A stretch of DNA of 64,000 nucleotides from Patescibacteria group bacterium (GCA_050943055.1 JBMNOL010000003.1:3982-67981), one strand, 5' to 3'. Shown: positions 25,303-35,142, counted from the stretch's first letter. Made by a program: numbers and translations. The notes: generated by a model not told the origin, from the letters alone.

Positions 25303-26406
25303 ATGAGAGTTTTTAAATATCTCAATTGGACAATTTTTATTGGCGGCTATATATTAGCATGGATTTTAAGCAGCTGGCTTTTTGCTTGGTCATCTTTAGG
25401 CGCCAAAGCTATTTCGGCCGCTGCTTTTCTTTTGCTGGCGGTTTTAACAATTATTGTTTTTAAGCATACCAATAAAAAAGATTCGCCTTGGTGGCGTTTC
25501 CTCTATCAGCTTGTTTTTGGAATTCTCGGGGTGGGTTTTATTTTTTTATTAGTTACTCTTTTGGCTTGGCTAGGTTATTTAATTCTTGGTCTTTTAGAGA
25601 TTCCTTTATCTTTAGATGTTTTAAGACCTTTAATTTTAGTGCTGGTAGCAGTCTTAACTTTAATTTCTATCTACCAGGCCCGAGAACCAAAGGTTAAATC
25701 TTATGAAGTGAAGATTAATAAGTTACCAGACTCTTGGGTGGATAAAAAAATTGTTCATCTTTCCGATTTACATTTAGGACCGATCTGGCGGGAAAAATTT
25801 TTAAAAAGAGTTTTGAAGAAGGTTCAGTCTCTGGCGCCAGAAGCAATTTTTATTAGCGGTGATTTATTTGATGGCAGTCAGGACGATTTCTCGTGGCTTG
25901 GTAATTTATTAAATGAATTTCAGCCGCCGCGCGGAGTTTATTATTCTTTTGGCAATCATGATTTAGATTTAGGCAGTGAGAAGATTCATGAATTATTAGA
26001 TCCTTGGTCGATAGAGATTCTAGAAAATCGTTTAATCCAAGATTCTGGTTTACAAATTATCGGTCTTAATTTTCAAGATAAAAATAATTATTTAAGTCCG
26101 GGTGAGCAATTAGCCAAGATTCCTTATCAACCCGATAAGCCTAGCATTCTTCTCTATCACGAGCCTAAGGACCCATTGGCTTTTAAAATTGCCGGAATTG
26201 ATTTACAGTTATCGGGGCATACTCACGGCGGCCAAATCTTTCCTTTTAATCTAGTGGCTGCTAATCTTTATGACTGGCGCGCGCATGGCTTGTACCAAGA
26301 CGGTCATTATCATTTATCGGTTAGCAGTGGCGTCGGAACTTGGGGGCCACCCTTGCGTTTGGGGACGCGCTCCGAAATTGTTTTAATTACTTTAAAGAAC
26401 GCATAA
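25303..26406 (+). CDS. Membrane-bound metallophosphoesterase
   Basis: The track start at 25288 is TTG. ATG at 25303 is preferred. Several N-terminal TM helices, then DLHLG, GDLFDG, GNHD and GHTHGGQ calcineurin-like motifs. Confidence 0.8.
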   Translation: MRVFKYLNWTIFIGGYILAWILSSWLFAWSSLGAKAISAAAFLLLAVLTIIVFKHTNKKDSPWWRFLYQLVFGILGVGFIFLLVTLLAWLGYLILGLLEIPLSLDVLRPLILVLVAVLTLISIYQAREPKVKSYEVKINKLPDSWVDKKIVHLSDLHLGPIWREKFLKRVLKKVQSLAPEAIFISGDLFDGSQDDFSWLGNLLNEFQPPRGVYYSFGNHDLDLGSEKIHELLDPWSIEILENRLIQDSGLQIIGLNFQDKNNYLSPGEQLAKIPYQPDKPSILLYHEPKDPLAFKIAGIDLQLSGHTHGGQIFPFNLVAANLYDWRAHGLYQDGHYHLSVSSGVGTWGPPLRLGTRSEIVLITLKNA

Positions 26407-26412
26407 ATATAT

Positions 26413-27408
26413 ATGAATTTATCTAAAGTCCACGAGAGTTTGGTTGGCGAGACTAAATTCCGCCATACTCAAGCCGAGCAGGCTATTTTTAAGGATTTGG
26501 TGACGAGCTGGCAAGAAGTCACTAATTTCCCTAAAGATTTACGCGCCCGTTTAGAAATTGCTTGTCCACTCGCAATTGAAGCGGAATTATTTAGCAGTGC
26601 TGATAAAACCACCCAAAAAGCGCTAATCACTCTTGAAGACGGTTTAAAAATTGAAACAGTTTTGATTGGTCAAAATGATGGCCGGCAAACAGTCTGTGTT
26701 TCTTCGCAAGTCGGTTGTCCTCTGGCCTGCGAATTCTGTGCCACCGGACAAAGTGGCTTTAGTCGTAATCTAACGGCTGCGGAAATTGTGGAACAGGTTT
26801 TATTTTGGCAACGTCAATTAAAAGCCAGTGATAATAAGGTTGATAATGTGGTTTTGATGGGCATGGGCGAGCCGTTGTTAAATTATGATCAGGTAATTAA
26901 AGCTTTAAAGTGGCTCAATGACCCGGAAACCTTTAACTTAGGGGCCAGGCGTCTGTCTGTTTCCACGGCCGGGATTCCCGCCGAGATTAAGCGCTTAGCC
27001 GGTGAACCTTTACAAGTAAATTTAGCAATTTCACTTCACTTCGCGACTGATTTACAAAGGGGACGCTACATGCCGATTGCGCGACGTTATTCTTTGGAAG
27101 AATTAATGGGTGCCGTAGAGGTTTACCAGAAAAAGGCGGGCCGTCAGGTGATGTTTGAGTACTTAATGATTAAGGGAATCAATGATAGCGATAATGACGT
27201 CCAGTTATTGATTCGCTTGCTGAGCGGGCGGCCGCTGAGTGTTATTAATCTCATCCCTTATAACCCGACGGGTCGATTTTTGCCGAGTTCAGCAGAACGA
27301 GTTAGAGAATTTAGAAAAAAATTAGAAGACGCCGGTCTAAAAGTGACGACTCGTCGTTCTTATGGTGGTGATATTGCCGCCGCTTGCGGGCAGTTAGCTA
27401 AAAAATAA
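26413..27408 (+). CDS. rlmN: 23S rRNA/tRNA (adenine-C2)-methyltransferase RlmN (radical SAM)
   Basis: 331 aa. Radical-SAM cluster CPLACEFCATG, the MGMGEPLLN motif and a C-terminal Cys (DIAAACGQL). Confidence 0.9.
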   Translation: MNLSKVHESLVGETKFRHTQAEQAIFKDLVTSWQEVTNFPKDLRARLEIACPLAIEAELFSSADKTTQKALITLEDGLKIETVLIGQNDGRQTVCVSSQVGCPLACEFCATGQSGFSRNLTAAEIVEQVLFWQRQLKASDNKVDNVVLMGMGEPLLNYDQVIKALKWLNDPETFNLGARRLSVSTAGIPAEIKRLAGEPLQVNLAISLHFATDLQRGRYMPIARRYSLEELMGAVEVYQKKAGRQVMFEYLMIKGINDSDNDVQLLIRLLSGRPLSVINLIPYNPTGRFLPSSAERVREFRKKLEDAGLKVTTRRSYGGDIAAACGQLAKK

Positions 27409-27460
27409 GGCCTTTGCCCAACAATTTCATTCCTTGGTCAAACAATTACTTACTAAGATA

Positions 27461-27488
27461 AAAAATCCCGCGCTGACGGGATTTTTTT
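27461..27488 (+). terminator. Rho-independent terminator after rlmN
   Basis: ATCCCG-CGCTGA-CGGGAT followed by TTTTTT. Confidence 0.7.
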
Positions 27489-27558
27489 AGGTCTATTTTA
27501 AAAGGAGTCTGACATCTGCTATACTAAAGGGAACGTTAATAAATTAATATTTAATACT

Positions 27559-28155
27559 ATGTTTACTTTAAAAGAATTGCCTTTTGCCCCGACAGATTTA
27601 GAGCCGCATATTTCGGCTAAAACTCTTGAATTTCACCATGGTAAACACCATCAAGCTTATGTTGATAATCTCAATAAGCTAATTGCCGGTACCCCTTGGG
27701 AAAAAGATAGTTTAGCCGGTTTACTGGTGAAGAGTTATGCTCGCGAAGGGAAGGAGGGTATTTTTAATAATGCCGCCCAGGTTTATAATCATGATTTCTT
27801 TTGGAATTGTTTGCGACCAGCGCGCCAGGAAATGGTAATCCCGGTAGAATTAAAGAATGCCGTTATTCATTCTTTTGGCTCTTGGGAGAAAATGATTGAA
27901 GAGTTAAAAGGAGCAGCGTTGTCGCAGTTTGGTAGCGGTTGGGCGTGGCTAGTTAAAGAAGATGATCGGGTGCGTGTTTTAAAAACTGCTAACGCTGACA
28001 CGCCTTTAGCTCATGGCCAAACGCCTTTGTTTGTGATTGATGTCTGGGAACATGCTTATTATTTAGATTACCAAAATAAACGCGCGGCTTATGTTGATGC
28101 CGTCATTGATAATTTGGCTAATTGGGAATTTGCTTTAGAGAACTTAAAGGATTAA
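27559..28155 (+). CDS. Fe/Mn superoxide dismutase
   Basis: 198 aa. HHGKHHQAYV and DVWEHAYYLDYQNKR signatures. Confidence 0.9.
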   Translation: MFTLKELPFAPTDLEPHISAKTLEFHHGKHHQAYVDNLNKLIAGTPWEKDSLAGLLVKSYAREGKEGIFNNAAQVYNHDFFWNCLRPARQEMVIPVELKNAVIHSFGSWEKMIEELKGAALSQFGSGWAWLVKEDDRVRVLKTANADTPLAHGQTPLFVIDVWEHAYYLDYQNKRAAYVDAVIDNLANWEFALENLKD

Positions 28156-28168
28156 GCGTCAGATATTT

Positions 28169-29665
28169 ATGACTTTTTGGCGGCGACGAAGCCTAATAGT
28201 CGGATTCTTATTTTTAAGTGGTGTTTTCTTTTTCTTGTTGCCCGCTCAAGCGCAATCGCTGCCGGAGCGCTTAGCGGGGCGAATTTTGCTGCAAGTAGAA
28301 AGCCACGGTGAAGCTTGGTATGTTAATCCGACTAATTTAAAGCGTTATTATTTAGGGCGCCCTAGCGACGCCTTAGTTTTAATGAGGCAGCTCAGCCTTG
28401 GCATTTCCGAGGCTGAGTTTGCGACTTGGAATAAAGAGGCACCAGCCTGGGCACGCGGTCGTTTATTTTTGCGACCCGAGAGCCACGGTGAAGCTTACTA
28501 CGTCGACTTAAATCAACGTTGGCATTATTTAGGTCGTCCTGATGACGCTTGGCAACTCTTACGCCAACAAGGGCTCGGGATTACTAACACTGATTTAAAT
28601 AAAATCCCGGCGGCGACTAGCGCTCCTCTCAGCGCGACAATCGCTCCACCGCCACCGACCAGTTCGCTAAATTTAGACCAGGTAAGCTCTTTAACTTGGA
28701 AATATAAACAAGAAAATTATCAACAAAATTTTTCTTTATCAAGTCAGTTGTATAAAGATTACGCCGCCAGTCTAAAAATTTTTTATTATAATGATCAAGC
28801 TGATGTTCAAGCGGTGCGAGAAAGTTTTTATGGTTTATTTTTAAAGCCTAAAGAGGGCGATACTTTAGTCAGCGATTTAGCAGCCTATGCGCGGCGCACG
28901 GGTCGCAGCCGTGCTTGGAGTAGTGATCAGATCGCGGAATTTGTTTTGGCGCTAGTGCAGTATATTCCTTATGATCAGAGCAAGCTCACGCAATCGCCAA
29001 TTATTCCTAATTACCCTTATGAAACCGTTTATAAAAATTCCGGCGTTTGTTCCGATAAGACTTTTTTGGCAGTCAGTCTTTTACGAGAACTTGGCTATGG
29101 GGCGGCTATTTTAGACTTTCCCGAAAATAATCATTCGGCGGTCGGTATTGCTTGCCCCCGAGAGGATTCAATTGCCGGCAGTGGCTATTGTTTTGTTGAA
29201 ACGACTAATTATTTTCCGCCTGGAGTTGTCCCCGGAGCGATTTCTTCCGGGCAAGCTGTGGGCGGTTCGGAGGCGACTGTGGCATTATTTACCGCTGATC
29301 ATTTAGGCCGTTTAGAGATTTATCAAAAAACATCAGGGTCTCTTTATGAGGGAGTGAGAGCAACTAAAGAATGGGCAGAGTCTTTAAAAAATCTTTATCA
29401 GCGCTTAGCCGCCGAAAAGCAGTTATTAGACGCGGCCGGAAAAGAGTTGAGCGCCGAACAGGAGCGCTTAAGCGTCCAGCGCGCTAAGCTTGATGCCTAT
29501 TTAGCCGCTGGCGATTTATTGGCCTATAACAAGGAGGTAAATGTCTATAATCAGGCGGTTAACGAATATAATAGTGATTTAGAAGGCTACCGCGAGCAGC
29601 AGCAAGAATATAATAATTTAGTGATTACGTTCAATCAGGGTTTGGCTGATTTTTACCAAAAATAA
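28169..29665 (+). CDS. Secreted transglutaminase-like (Cys-His) protein with tandem N-terminal repeats and C-terminal coiled coil
   Basis: 498 aa. Signal-like N-terminus ending AQAQS and two roughly 50-aa repeats (ESHGEAWYVNP.../ESHGEAYYVDL...). Putative catalytic SGVCSDKTF (Cys) and ENNHSAVGI (His). Heptad-rich C-terminus. Confidence 0.6.
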   Translation: MTFWRRRSLIVGFLFLSGVFFFLLPAQAQSLPERLAGRILLQVESHGEAWYVNPTNLKRYYLGRPSDALVLMRQLSLGISEAEFATWNKEAPAWARGRLFLRPESHGEAYYVDLNQRWHYLGRPDDAWQLLRQQGLGITNTDLNKIPAATSAPLSATIAPPPPTSSLNLDQVSSLTWKYKQENYQQNFSLSSQLYKDYAASLKIFYYNDQADVQAVRESFYGLFLKPKEGDTLVSDLAAYARRTGRSRAWSSDQIAEFVLALVQYIPYDQSKLTQSPIIPNYPYETVYKNSGVCSDKTFLAVSLLRELGYGAAILDFPENNHSAVGIACPREDSIAGSGYCFVETTNYFPPGVVPGAISSGQAVGGSEATVALFTADHLGRLEIYQKTSGSLYEGVRATKEWAESLKNLYQRLAAEKQLLDAAGKELSAEQERLSVQRAKLDAYLAAGDLLAYNKEVNVYNQAVNEYNSDLEGYREQQQEYNNLVITFNQGLADFYQK

Positions 29666-29688
29666 TTGTTTTTTAGTGCTAAAAAGCG

Positions 29689-29717
29689 TTGACAAGAAGG
29701 CTGGTTTCGGTTAAGAT
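29689..29717 (+). promoter_or_regulatory. Candidate sigma-70 promoter for rpsB-tsf
   Basis: TTGACA (29689-29694), 17-nt spacer, TAAGAT (29712-29717). Leaves a roughly 113-nt leader. Confidence 0.5.
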
Positions 29718-29836
29718 GAGTCCGTGATTGACGTCTAGCGTCTAGTCATTTTTATTAAATAACACATCGCCATTTTTTTCTGGTCTAAAGACCTGGGCGA
29801 TGGACGCCTCCATTCGGGGGATAAAAGAAAAATCAT

Positions 29837-30556
29837 ATGGAAAACAAAAAACTACCTAGTGTAGAAGAAATGATGATGGCCGGGATGCATTTTGGCCATC
29901 GCACCAATCGCTGGCATCCAAAAATGAAACCCTTTATCTTTGCTGATAAAAAAGGGGTTTATATTATTGATTTAAGAAAGAGCCAAGAGCAATTAGCGAC
30001 TGCTTTGGATTTTATGGCTCAACTGATTTCTGAAAACAAGACGATTTTATTTGTCGGTACCAAGAATCAAGTTAAAGGTCCCTTAAAGGCCATGTCTAAG
30101 GCAATTAATCAGCCTTATATTGTTGGTAAATGGTTGGGTGGATTCTTGACTAATTTCTCCATGGTGAAGAAATCAGTGCAAAAATACAAAGAGTTAGTTG
30201 CTGATAAGGAGAGCGGCCGTTTAGATCGTTATACTAAAAAGGAGCGTTCCGATTTTGATCGAGAAATTAAAAAGTTAGAAGAACGGGTCGGTGGTTTAAC
30301 TAACGTTTCTAAACTGCCAGACGCTTTATTTGTTTGGGATATTAAAGAAGAGGAAACGGCTGTTAAGGAAGCCCGGGTTAAAAATATTCCGGTCATCGCT
30401 ATTTGTGATACCAATGTTGACCCGAGTTTAGTTAACTATCCGATTGCCGGCAATGATGATTCGACCAAAACAATTTCTTTAATTACGGAAACTATCCGTC
30501 AGAATTTAAGCCAAATTAAGCCGGTGGCAAAAGATGAGGAAAAGAAAGAGGCTTAA
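29837..30556 (+). CDS. rpsB: 30S ribosomal protein S2
   Basis: 239 aa. AGMHFGHRTNRWHPKM and VGTK motifs. Followed by tsf, as in most bacteria. Confidence 0.95.
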   Translation: MENKKLPSVEEMMMAGMHFGHRTNRWHPKMKPFIFADKKGVYIIDLRKSQEQLATALDFMAQLISENKTILFVGTKNQVKGPLKAMSKAINQPYIVGKWLGGFLTNFSMVKKSVQKYKELVADKESGRLDRYTKKERSDFDREIKKLEERVGGLTNVSKLPDALFVWDIKEEETAVKEARVKNIPVIAICDTNVDPSLVNYPIAGNDDSTKTISLITETIRQNLSQIKPVAKDEEKKEA

Positions 30557-30591
30557 AAAAATTAAGTTATTAATAATTAAGTAATAAGTAT

Positions 30592-31386
30592 ATGGAGAAT
30601 ATTAAAAAATTAAGAGAAATGACCGGCGCCGGAATGGTTGATTGCAAGAAGGCTTTGGATGAGGCCGGTGGCGATCTAGAAAAAGCGGTAGAAATTTTGC
30701 GCAAGAAAGGTATTGCCAAGGCCGCCAAGAGAACGGATCGTGAAGCTAATGAGGGGTTAGTAGCGGTAAGGGTAAATGCTGAGGCGACCGAGGGGTATAT
30801 GGTGGAAGTCAATTCCGAAACTGATTTTGTCGCTCGCAACAAGAAGTTCCAAGAATTTGCGGAGCAAGTTCTAAACTTGCTTGTTGATAAGCAACCGGAA
30901 AATCTCGAGGCTTTATTAGCTTTAGAATTAAATGGCAATAAGGTTCAAGAAGCTCTCGATCAGCTCTCAGGAGTGATCGGTGAAAAACTGGCAATTAACC
31001 GCTTTGCTGTTTTAAAAGGCGCTAGCGTGGCGGCGTATTCTCATTTAGGTGGCCGCATTGGTGTTTTAGTTGCCTTAGATAAGCCTGGAAAAAGCGACTT
31101 AGCCTTGGACATTGCCATGCAGGTGGCGGCGGCTAATCCGAAATATATTAGTTCAGATGAAGTTAGTGCCGAGGAATTAGCTAAGGAAAAAGAGATTGCT
31201 CGCGAAATTCTAATCAAAGAAGGAAAGCCGGAGGAAATGGTAGAAAAGATTTTAGCTGGAAAAATGAGCAAATATTACTCCGAGGTTTGTTTAATAGAAC
31301 AGGAGTACATCAAGGATGATAAGAAAAAAGTAAAAGATATTCTTGGTGATTCGGCGGTGCTCGGCTTCGCTCGTTTTAGTCTTTAA
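30592..31386 (+). CDS. tsf: Elongation factor Ts
   Basis: 264 aa. N-terminal UBA-like KKLREMTGAGMVDCKKALDEAGGDLEKAVEILRKKG. Confidence 0.9.
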   Translation: MENIKKLREMTGAGMVDCKKALDEAGGDLEKAVEILRKKGIAKAAKRTDREANEGLVAVRVNAEATEGYMVEVNSETDFVARNKKFQEFAEQVLNLLVDKQPENLEALLALELNGNKVQEALDQLSGVIGEKLAINRFAVLKGASVAAYSHLGGRIGVLVALDKPGKSDLALDIAMQVAAANPKYISSDEVSAEELAKEKEIAREILIKEGKPEEMVEKILAGKMSKYYSEVCLIEQEYIKDDKKKVKDILGDSAVLGFARFSL

Positions 31387-31394
31387 ATCTGACC

Positions 31395-31425
31395 AAGCCG
31401 CGCCCCGTAAAGGGCGCGGCTTTTG
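31395..31425 (+). terminator. Rho-independent terminator after tsf
   Basis: 9-bp GC-rich stem GCCGCGCCC/GGGCGCGGC with a 6-nt loop, followed by TTTT. Confidence 0.8.
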
Positions 31426-31432
31426 TCTCTAT

Positions 31433-32365
31433 ATGAACTTAGTGCAAATAAAATTTTCTCCTTGGGATAAGAGTTATACTTTTGAAACCAATGACCCTAC
31501 TTTAGCGGTTGGTGATTATGTGGTTTTAGAAACGGAAATTGGCGAGGATTTAGGTCGGGTTTTTAAGGTCTTAGAAGACACCACTTTAGATTCGGAGGCG
31601 CCGCCTTTAAAAATGGTTAAAAGGCGAGCCCAAAAAAATGATTTAAGTCGTTTACCTAGTCTTACCGAGAAAGAAGCGGCCTTAGAGATTTGCCAGGAGC
31701 GCGCCGATTTTTACCAGTTAGATTTAAAATTAGTTGATGTTAGTTTTTCTTTGAGTGGCAATCGTTTGAATTTTGCCTTTACGGCGGGCGGCCGAATTGA
31801 CTTTCGCGAACTGGTTAAAGATTTAACCGTTCGGTTCGGTAAAAGTATTCGTCTCACTCAGATTGGTGCTCGCGACGAAGCCCGGTTTTCCGGGGATTGC
31901 GGTGCTTGTGGTAAGCCCTTATGTTGTCGGACTTTTGTGAAAGATTTTTTTTCAGTGACCTCGGAGATGGCCGAGGTGCAGCAAGTTGTTCATCGCGGGA
32001 GCGAACGAATTTCCGGAATGTGTGGTCGTTTAATGTGTTGCCTGTCTTTTGAATATGAAGGTTATCAAGAGTTAAATGCTAAATTGCCGCCACTCGGAAC
32101 GCGGGTTAATGTTGATGGACAGCGCGGCGTTGTTATTGGTCATCACCCCTTAAAACAGGCCGTGGACGTGAAGTTTCCAGGGAATCGAGAAGGGGAGCGC
32201 GATTTAATTATCCAGGTCGACTTAAATCGCCACCAGAAAAAGGAAACGGCTAAGAAAAAAACGGCCCCCGAAAAAAAGGCGGTTCAAGAGAGAGTGGATA
32301 ATCATCAAAAAAATCCAACCCGTCAACGCTTGGCCCGAAGTTGGTCTCCCAAAAAGAAACATTAA
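31433..32365 (+). CDS. PSP1 domain protein (RicT/YaaT-like)
   Basis: The track ORF starts at TTG 31343, inside tsf and across its terminator. The in-frame ATG at 31433 (MNLVQIKFSPWDKSY) is preferred. Cys clusters CGACGKPLCC and CGRLMCC are typical of PSP1/RicT. Lys-rich tail. Confidence 0.8.
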   Translation: MNLVQIKFSPWDKSYTFETNDPTLAVGDYVVLETEIGEDLGRVFKVLEDTTLDSEAPPLKMVKRRAQKNDLSRLPSLTEKEAALEICQERADFYQLDLKLVDVSFSLSGNRLNFAFTAGGRIDFRELVKDLTVRFGKSIRLTQIGARDEARFSGDCGACGKPLCCRTFVKDFFSVTSEMAEVQQVVHRGSERISGMCGRLMCCLSFEYEGYQELNAKLPPLGTRVNVDGQRGVVIGHHPLKQAVDVKFPGNREGERDLIIQVDLNRHQKKETAKKKTAPEKKAVQERVDNHQKNPTRQRLARSWSPKKKH

Positions 32366-32369
32366 TTAT

Positions 32370-32396
32370 AGAGAACCCGAAAAGGGTTCTCTTTTT
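32370..32396 (+). terminator. Rho-independent terminator
   Basis: AGAGAACCC-GAAAA-GGGTTCTCT followed by TTTT. Confidence 0.75.
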
Positions 32397-32457
32397 GGAA
32401 CTTTATGATTTTTTATGTTATTATTAACAGATAAATAAGTTTAATAATTAATAATTT

Positions 32458-33474
32458 ATGGCACAAAAAAAGTTAAAAATCGCAATTAACGGCTTTGGCC
32501 GTATTGGCCGCGCCGCCTTTAGAATTATTTTAGATGAACATCCAGAGCTAGAGGTGGTGGCCATTAATGATTTGGTGGGGGCCGAAGATTTAGCTAAACT
32601 TTTACAATTTGATACTTGTTATGGTCGTTTTAATAAAACCGTCGGAGTTAAAGGGAAAAATTTAGTTATTAAAGGTAAAAATTATCCGGTTTTTTCCGAG
32701 AAAGATCCCGCTAACTTGCCCTGGGCTAAATTGGGAGTTGATATTGTTTTAGAATGTACGGGTCGCTTCCGCGGTGCCGATGATGCGGCCGTTCATTTAA
32801 ATAGTGGCGCTAAAAAAGTAATTATTTCTGCGCCGGGAAAAAATTGTAAAACTATCGTTTTGGGCGTCAACGAAAAGAACGTTAAAAAAAATGACCAGAT
32901 AATTTCTTGCGCCTCTTGTACGACGAACTGTTTAGCGCCGGTGACGGCAGTGATTGCTAAAGAGTTTGGCATCAAAAAAGCCTTGATGTCTACCGTTCAT
33001 GCTTATACCGGTGATCAAAATTTAGTTGATGGCCCACATCCTAAGGATTACAGGCGGGCTCGCGCCGCCGCGGTCAATATTGTCCCCACAACTACCGGTG
33101 CGGCGGTGGCGGTTACGGAAACAATTCCGACCTTAGCGGGGAAATTTGATGGTTTGGCTTTTAGGGTTCCGGTTCCGGTCGGCTCTCTCTGTGATGTAAC
33201 TTTCTTATTAAATAAAAAGACAACTGCGTCCGAGGTTAATAAGAAATTTCAACAAGCGGCCAAAGGGCGTCTAAAAAATATTTTGGAAGCGAGCACTGGT
33301 GAATTGGTTTCTTCAGACATCATTGGCAATCCTCATAGCAGTATCGTTGATTTACCTTTAACGAGAGTGGTCGATGGCGATTTATTAAAGGTGGTGGCTT
33401 GGTATGATAATGAATGGGGTTATTCCCAACGTTTAGTGGAGTTAGCCACTTATTTAAAAAAATATCTTAACTAA
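32458..33474 (+). CDS. gap: Glyceraldehyde-3-phosphate dehydrogenase
   Basis: 338 aa. INGFGRIGR and the active-site motif SCTTNCLAP. Confidence 0.95.
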   Translation: MAQKKLKIAINGFGRIGRAAFRIILDEHPELEVVAINDLVGAEDLAKLLQFDTCYGRFNKTVGVKGKNLVIKGKNYPVFSEKDPANLPWAKLGVDIVLECTGRFRGADDAAVHLNSGAKKVIISAPGKNCKTIVLGVNEKNVKKNDQIISCASCTTNCLAPVTAVIAKEFGIKKALMSTVHAYTGDQNLVDGPHPKDYRRARAAAVNIVPTTTGAAVAVTETIPTLAGKFDGLAFRVPVPVGSLCDVTFLLNKKTTASEVNKKFQQAAKGRLKNILEASTGELVSSDIIGNPHSSIVDLPLTRVVDGDLLKVVAWYDNEWGYSQRLVELATYLKKYLN

Positions 33475-33480
33475 AAAATT

Positions 33481-34209
33481 ATGAGAATGTCAGGAAAAGT
33501 AGCGATTGTTACCGGTGCCACTTCGGGGATTGGCCGGGCGATTGCTGAGCGCTTCTTAAAAGAAGGCGCCCAAGTAGTTTTTTCCAGTTTGTCTAAGAGC
33601 ATGGAATTAAACAATCCTAATGCTATCTATGTAAAATGCGATGTTTCTAAAAGCGCTGAGGTTGATAATTTGGTCCAAGCGGCCGTTGATAAATTTGGTC
33701 GCTTAGATGTGATGGTTAATAATGCCGGAGTTGGCGATTCTCATTCGCTTATTGAAACTACTGATGAGGATTGGGATAAAATTATTTCTATTAATTTAAC
33801 GGGTGTTTTCTATGGTGCTCGTGCCGCCGCCCGAAAAATGAAGGAGTTAAAGATTGCCGGCAACATTATTAATATGAGCTCGATTTTGGGAAAAGTTGGT
33901 TTCTTTGGAGCGATAAGTTATTGCAGCGCTAAAGGTGGTGTAGTCCAGCTCACCAGAACGGCCGCTTTAGAATTAGCTCCTCTGGGAATTAGGGTTAATG
34001 CCATTGCTCCCGGTTTTATTAACACGAAAATGACCGAAGGTATTTTAGAGAACGAGCAATTTAATAAAATAATTATTGATAGCACTCCTCTGGGGCATCT
34101 TGGCGGTACGGATGATATTGCTTCTGCGGCCGTTTTCTTAGCTAGCGATGAAGCTAAATATATCACTGGTGAGATGTTGTATGTTGATGGCGGTTGGACC
34201 TCGAAATAA
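33481..34209 (+). CDS. Short-chain dehydrogenase/reductase (FabG/glucose-1-dehydrogenase-like)
   Basis: 242 aa. [14 protein letters not shown] and YCSAK (YxxxK) motifs. Confidence 0.8.
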   Translation: MRMSGKVAIVTGATSGIGRAIAERFLKEGAQVVFSSLSKSMELNNPNAIYVKCDVSKSAEVDNLVQAAVDKFGRLDVMVNNAGVGDSHSLIETTDEDWDKIISINLTGVFYGARAAARKMKELKIAGNIINMSSILGKVGFFGAISYCSAKGGVVQLTRTAALELAPLGIRVNAIAPGFINTKMTEGILENEQFNKIIIDSTPLGHLGGTDDIASAAVFLASDEAKYITGEMLYVDGGWTSK

Positions 34210-34220
34210 TAATAATTTTT

Positions 34221-34979
34221 ATGAAAATCTTAAAAAAACTATTTGTTAAGAAAGAAAGCAAATTAGAGCCAGTGGGCTCCTTGCTAAAAAGTACTTGGTC
34301 TGATTATAAAAGACAAGCCTTTAAGTTTATCGAATTACTGGTTTACGCTTTAACTGGCTCCTTGCCTTTTTTGTTGCTGCTTTTCATTTTTATTAGAGTG
34401 CTGATGGTCGGTGGCGGGGCTTGGCCCGGTTTTGGCGTTTTAGGAATTTTTATTGTCCTTTTCTTAGGCTCTTTAGTTTTAATGATCGTTTGGAATTTAC
34501 GAGCACAAATAGGCGGTATTCTTCTTTTAAAAGAGAATTATCAGTTATCGCCGCGAGAAAGTTTTAAGAGAGCCGATAAGTATCTGGTTCCTTTTATTGG
34601 CGTCACCGCTTTGCTTTCGGTCTTAATCTTTGCTTGGGGCTTACTATTCTTATTGCCGGCTTTAATTTTTGGTATTTATTACGGCTTTTCTCAATATGTT
34701 CAGGTCGCCGAGGACGAACGCCCGTTTCGATCCGTTGAGCGCAGCTATGACTTAGTTAGAGGGTACTGGTGGCCGGTCTTTGGTCGCTTTCTTTTGTTAA
34801 TTTTAGTCGGTTTTCTTGTCTACGGTGTCCTCAGTATTCCTCTTTTCTGGATTAGCACCGGCAGCTGGTTCTTTGAGGCTTATAACCTCCTGATTAACTT
34901 AATTTGGATTTTGCTTTCTCCCTTTTTCACAATTTATCCTTATAAGGTTTATCGCAACCTAGTGATAATAAAAGGCTAA
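34221..34979 (+). CDS. Polytopic membrane protein of unknown function
   Basis: The track start at 34194 is TTG, overlapping the SDR gene. ATG at 34221 (MKILKKLF) is preferred. About 5-6 hydrophobic helices. Confidence 0.5.
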   Translation: MKILKKLFVKKESKLEPVGSLLKSTWSDYKRQAFKFIELLVYALTGSLPFLLLLFIFIRVLMVGGGAWPGFGVLGIFIVLFLGSLVLMIVWNLRAQIGGILLLKENYQLSPRESFKRADKYLVPFIGVTALLSVLIFAWGLLFLLPALIFGIYYGFSQYVQVAEDERPFRSVERSYDLVRGYWWPVFGRFLLLILVGFLVYGVLSIPLFWISTGSWFFEAYNLLINLIWILLSPFFTIYPYKVYRNLVIIKG

Positions 34980-35003
34980 GAAAAGAAGAGAAATAGTTTT
35001 ACT

Positions 35004-35036
35004 AAGAAAACGGCATGAGCCGTTTTCTTTTTTTTG
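35004..35036 (+). terminator. Rho-independent terminator
   Basis: AAGAAAACGG-CATGAG-CCGTTTTCTT followed by TTTTTTT. Confidence 0.75.
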
Positions 35037-35142
35037 TTGAACTTGAGGCGCTCTTTAGATTAAGACGGAAAATAATTGATAAAAGTTTCAGTGGTTCTCA
35101 ATGGGGGAGTTGCTAGACTGGGGGTAGCTTAAAATATCTTTT

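Noticed and set aside
30570-30938. 122-aa minus-strand ORF
   Set aside because: It is antisense to the well-supported tsf gene and has no recognisable motifs. Other antisense ORFs in the track are of the same kind, for example 18358-18741, 43242-43556, 8746-9027, 10594-10887 and 14997-15323.
31343-31432. N-terminal extensions of several track ORFs. The affected starts are 31343, 15977, 25288, 34194, 43579, 50878, 54464, 56125, 59739, 62240 and 59336 (the last on the minus strand)
   Set aside because: Most of these starts are TTG/GTG codons, and all lie inside the preceding gene or across a terminator. In-frame ATGs downstream give N-termini that match the protein families, so the extensions were trimmed.
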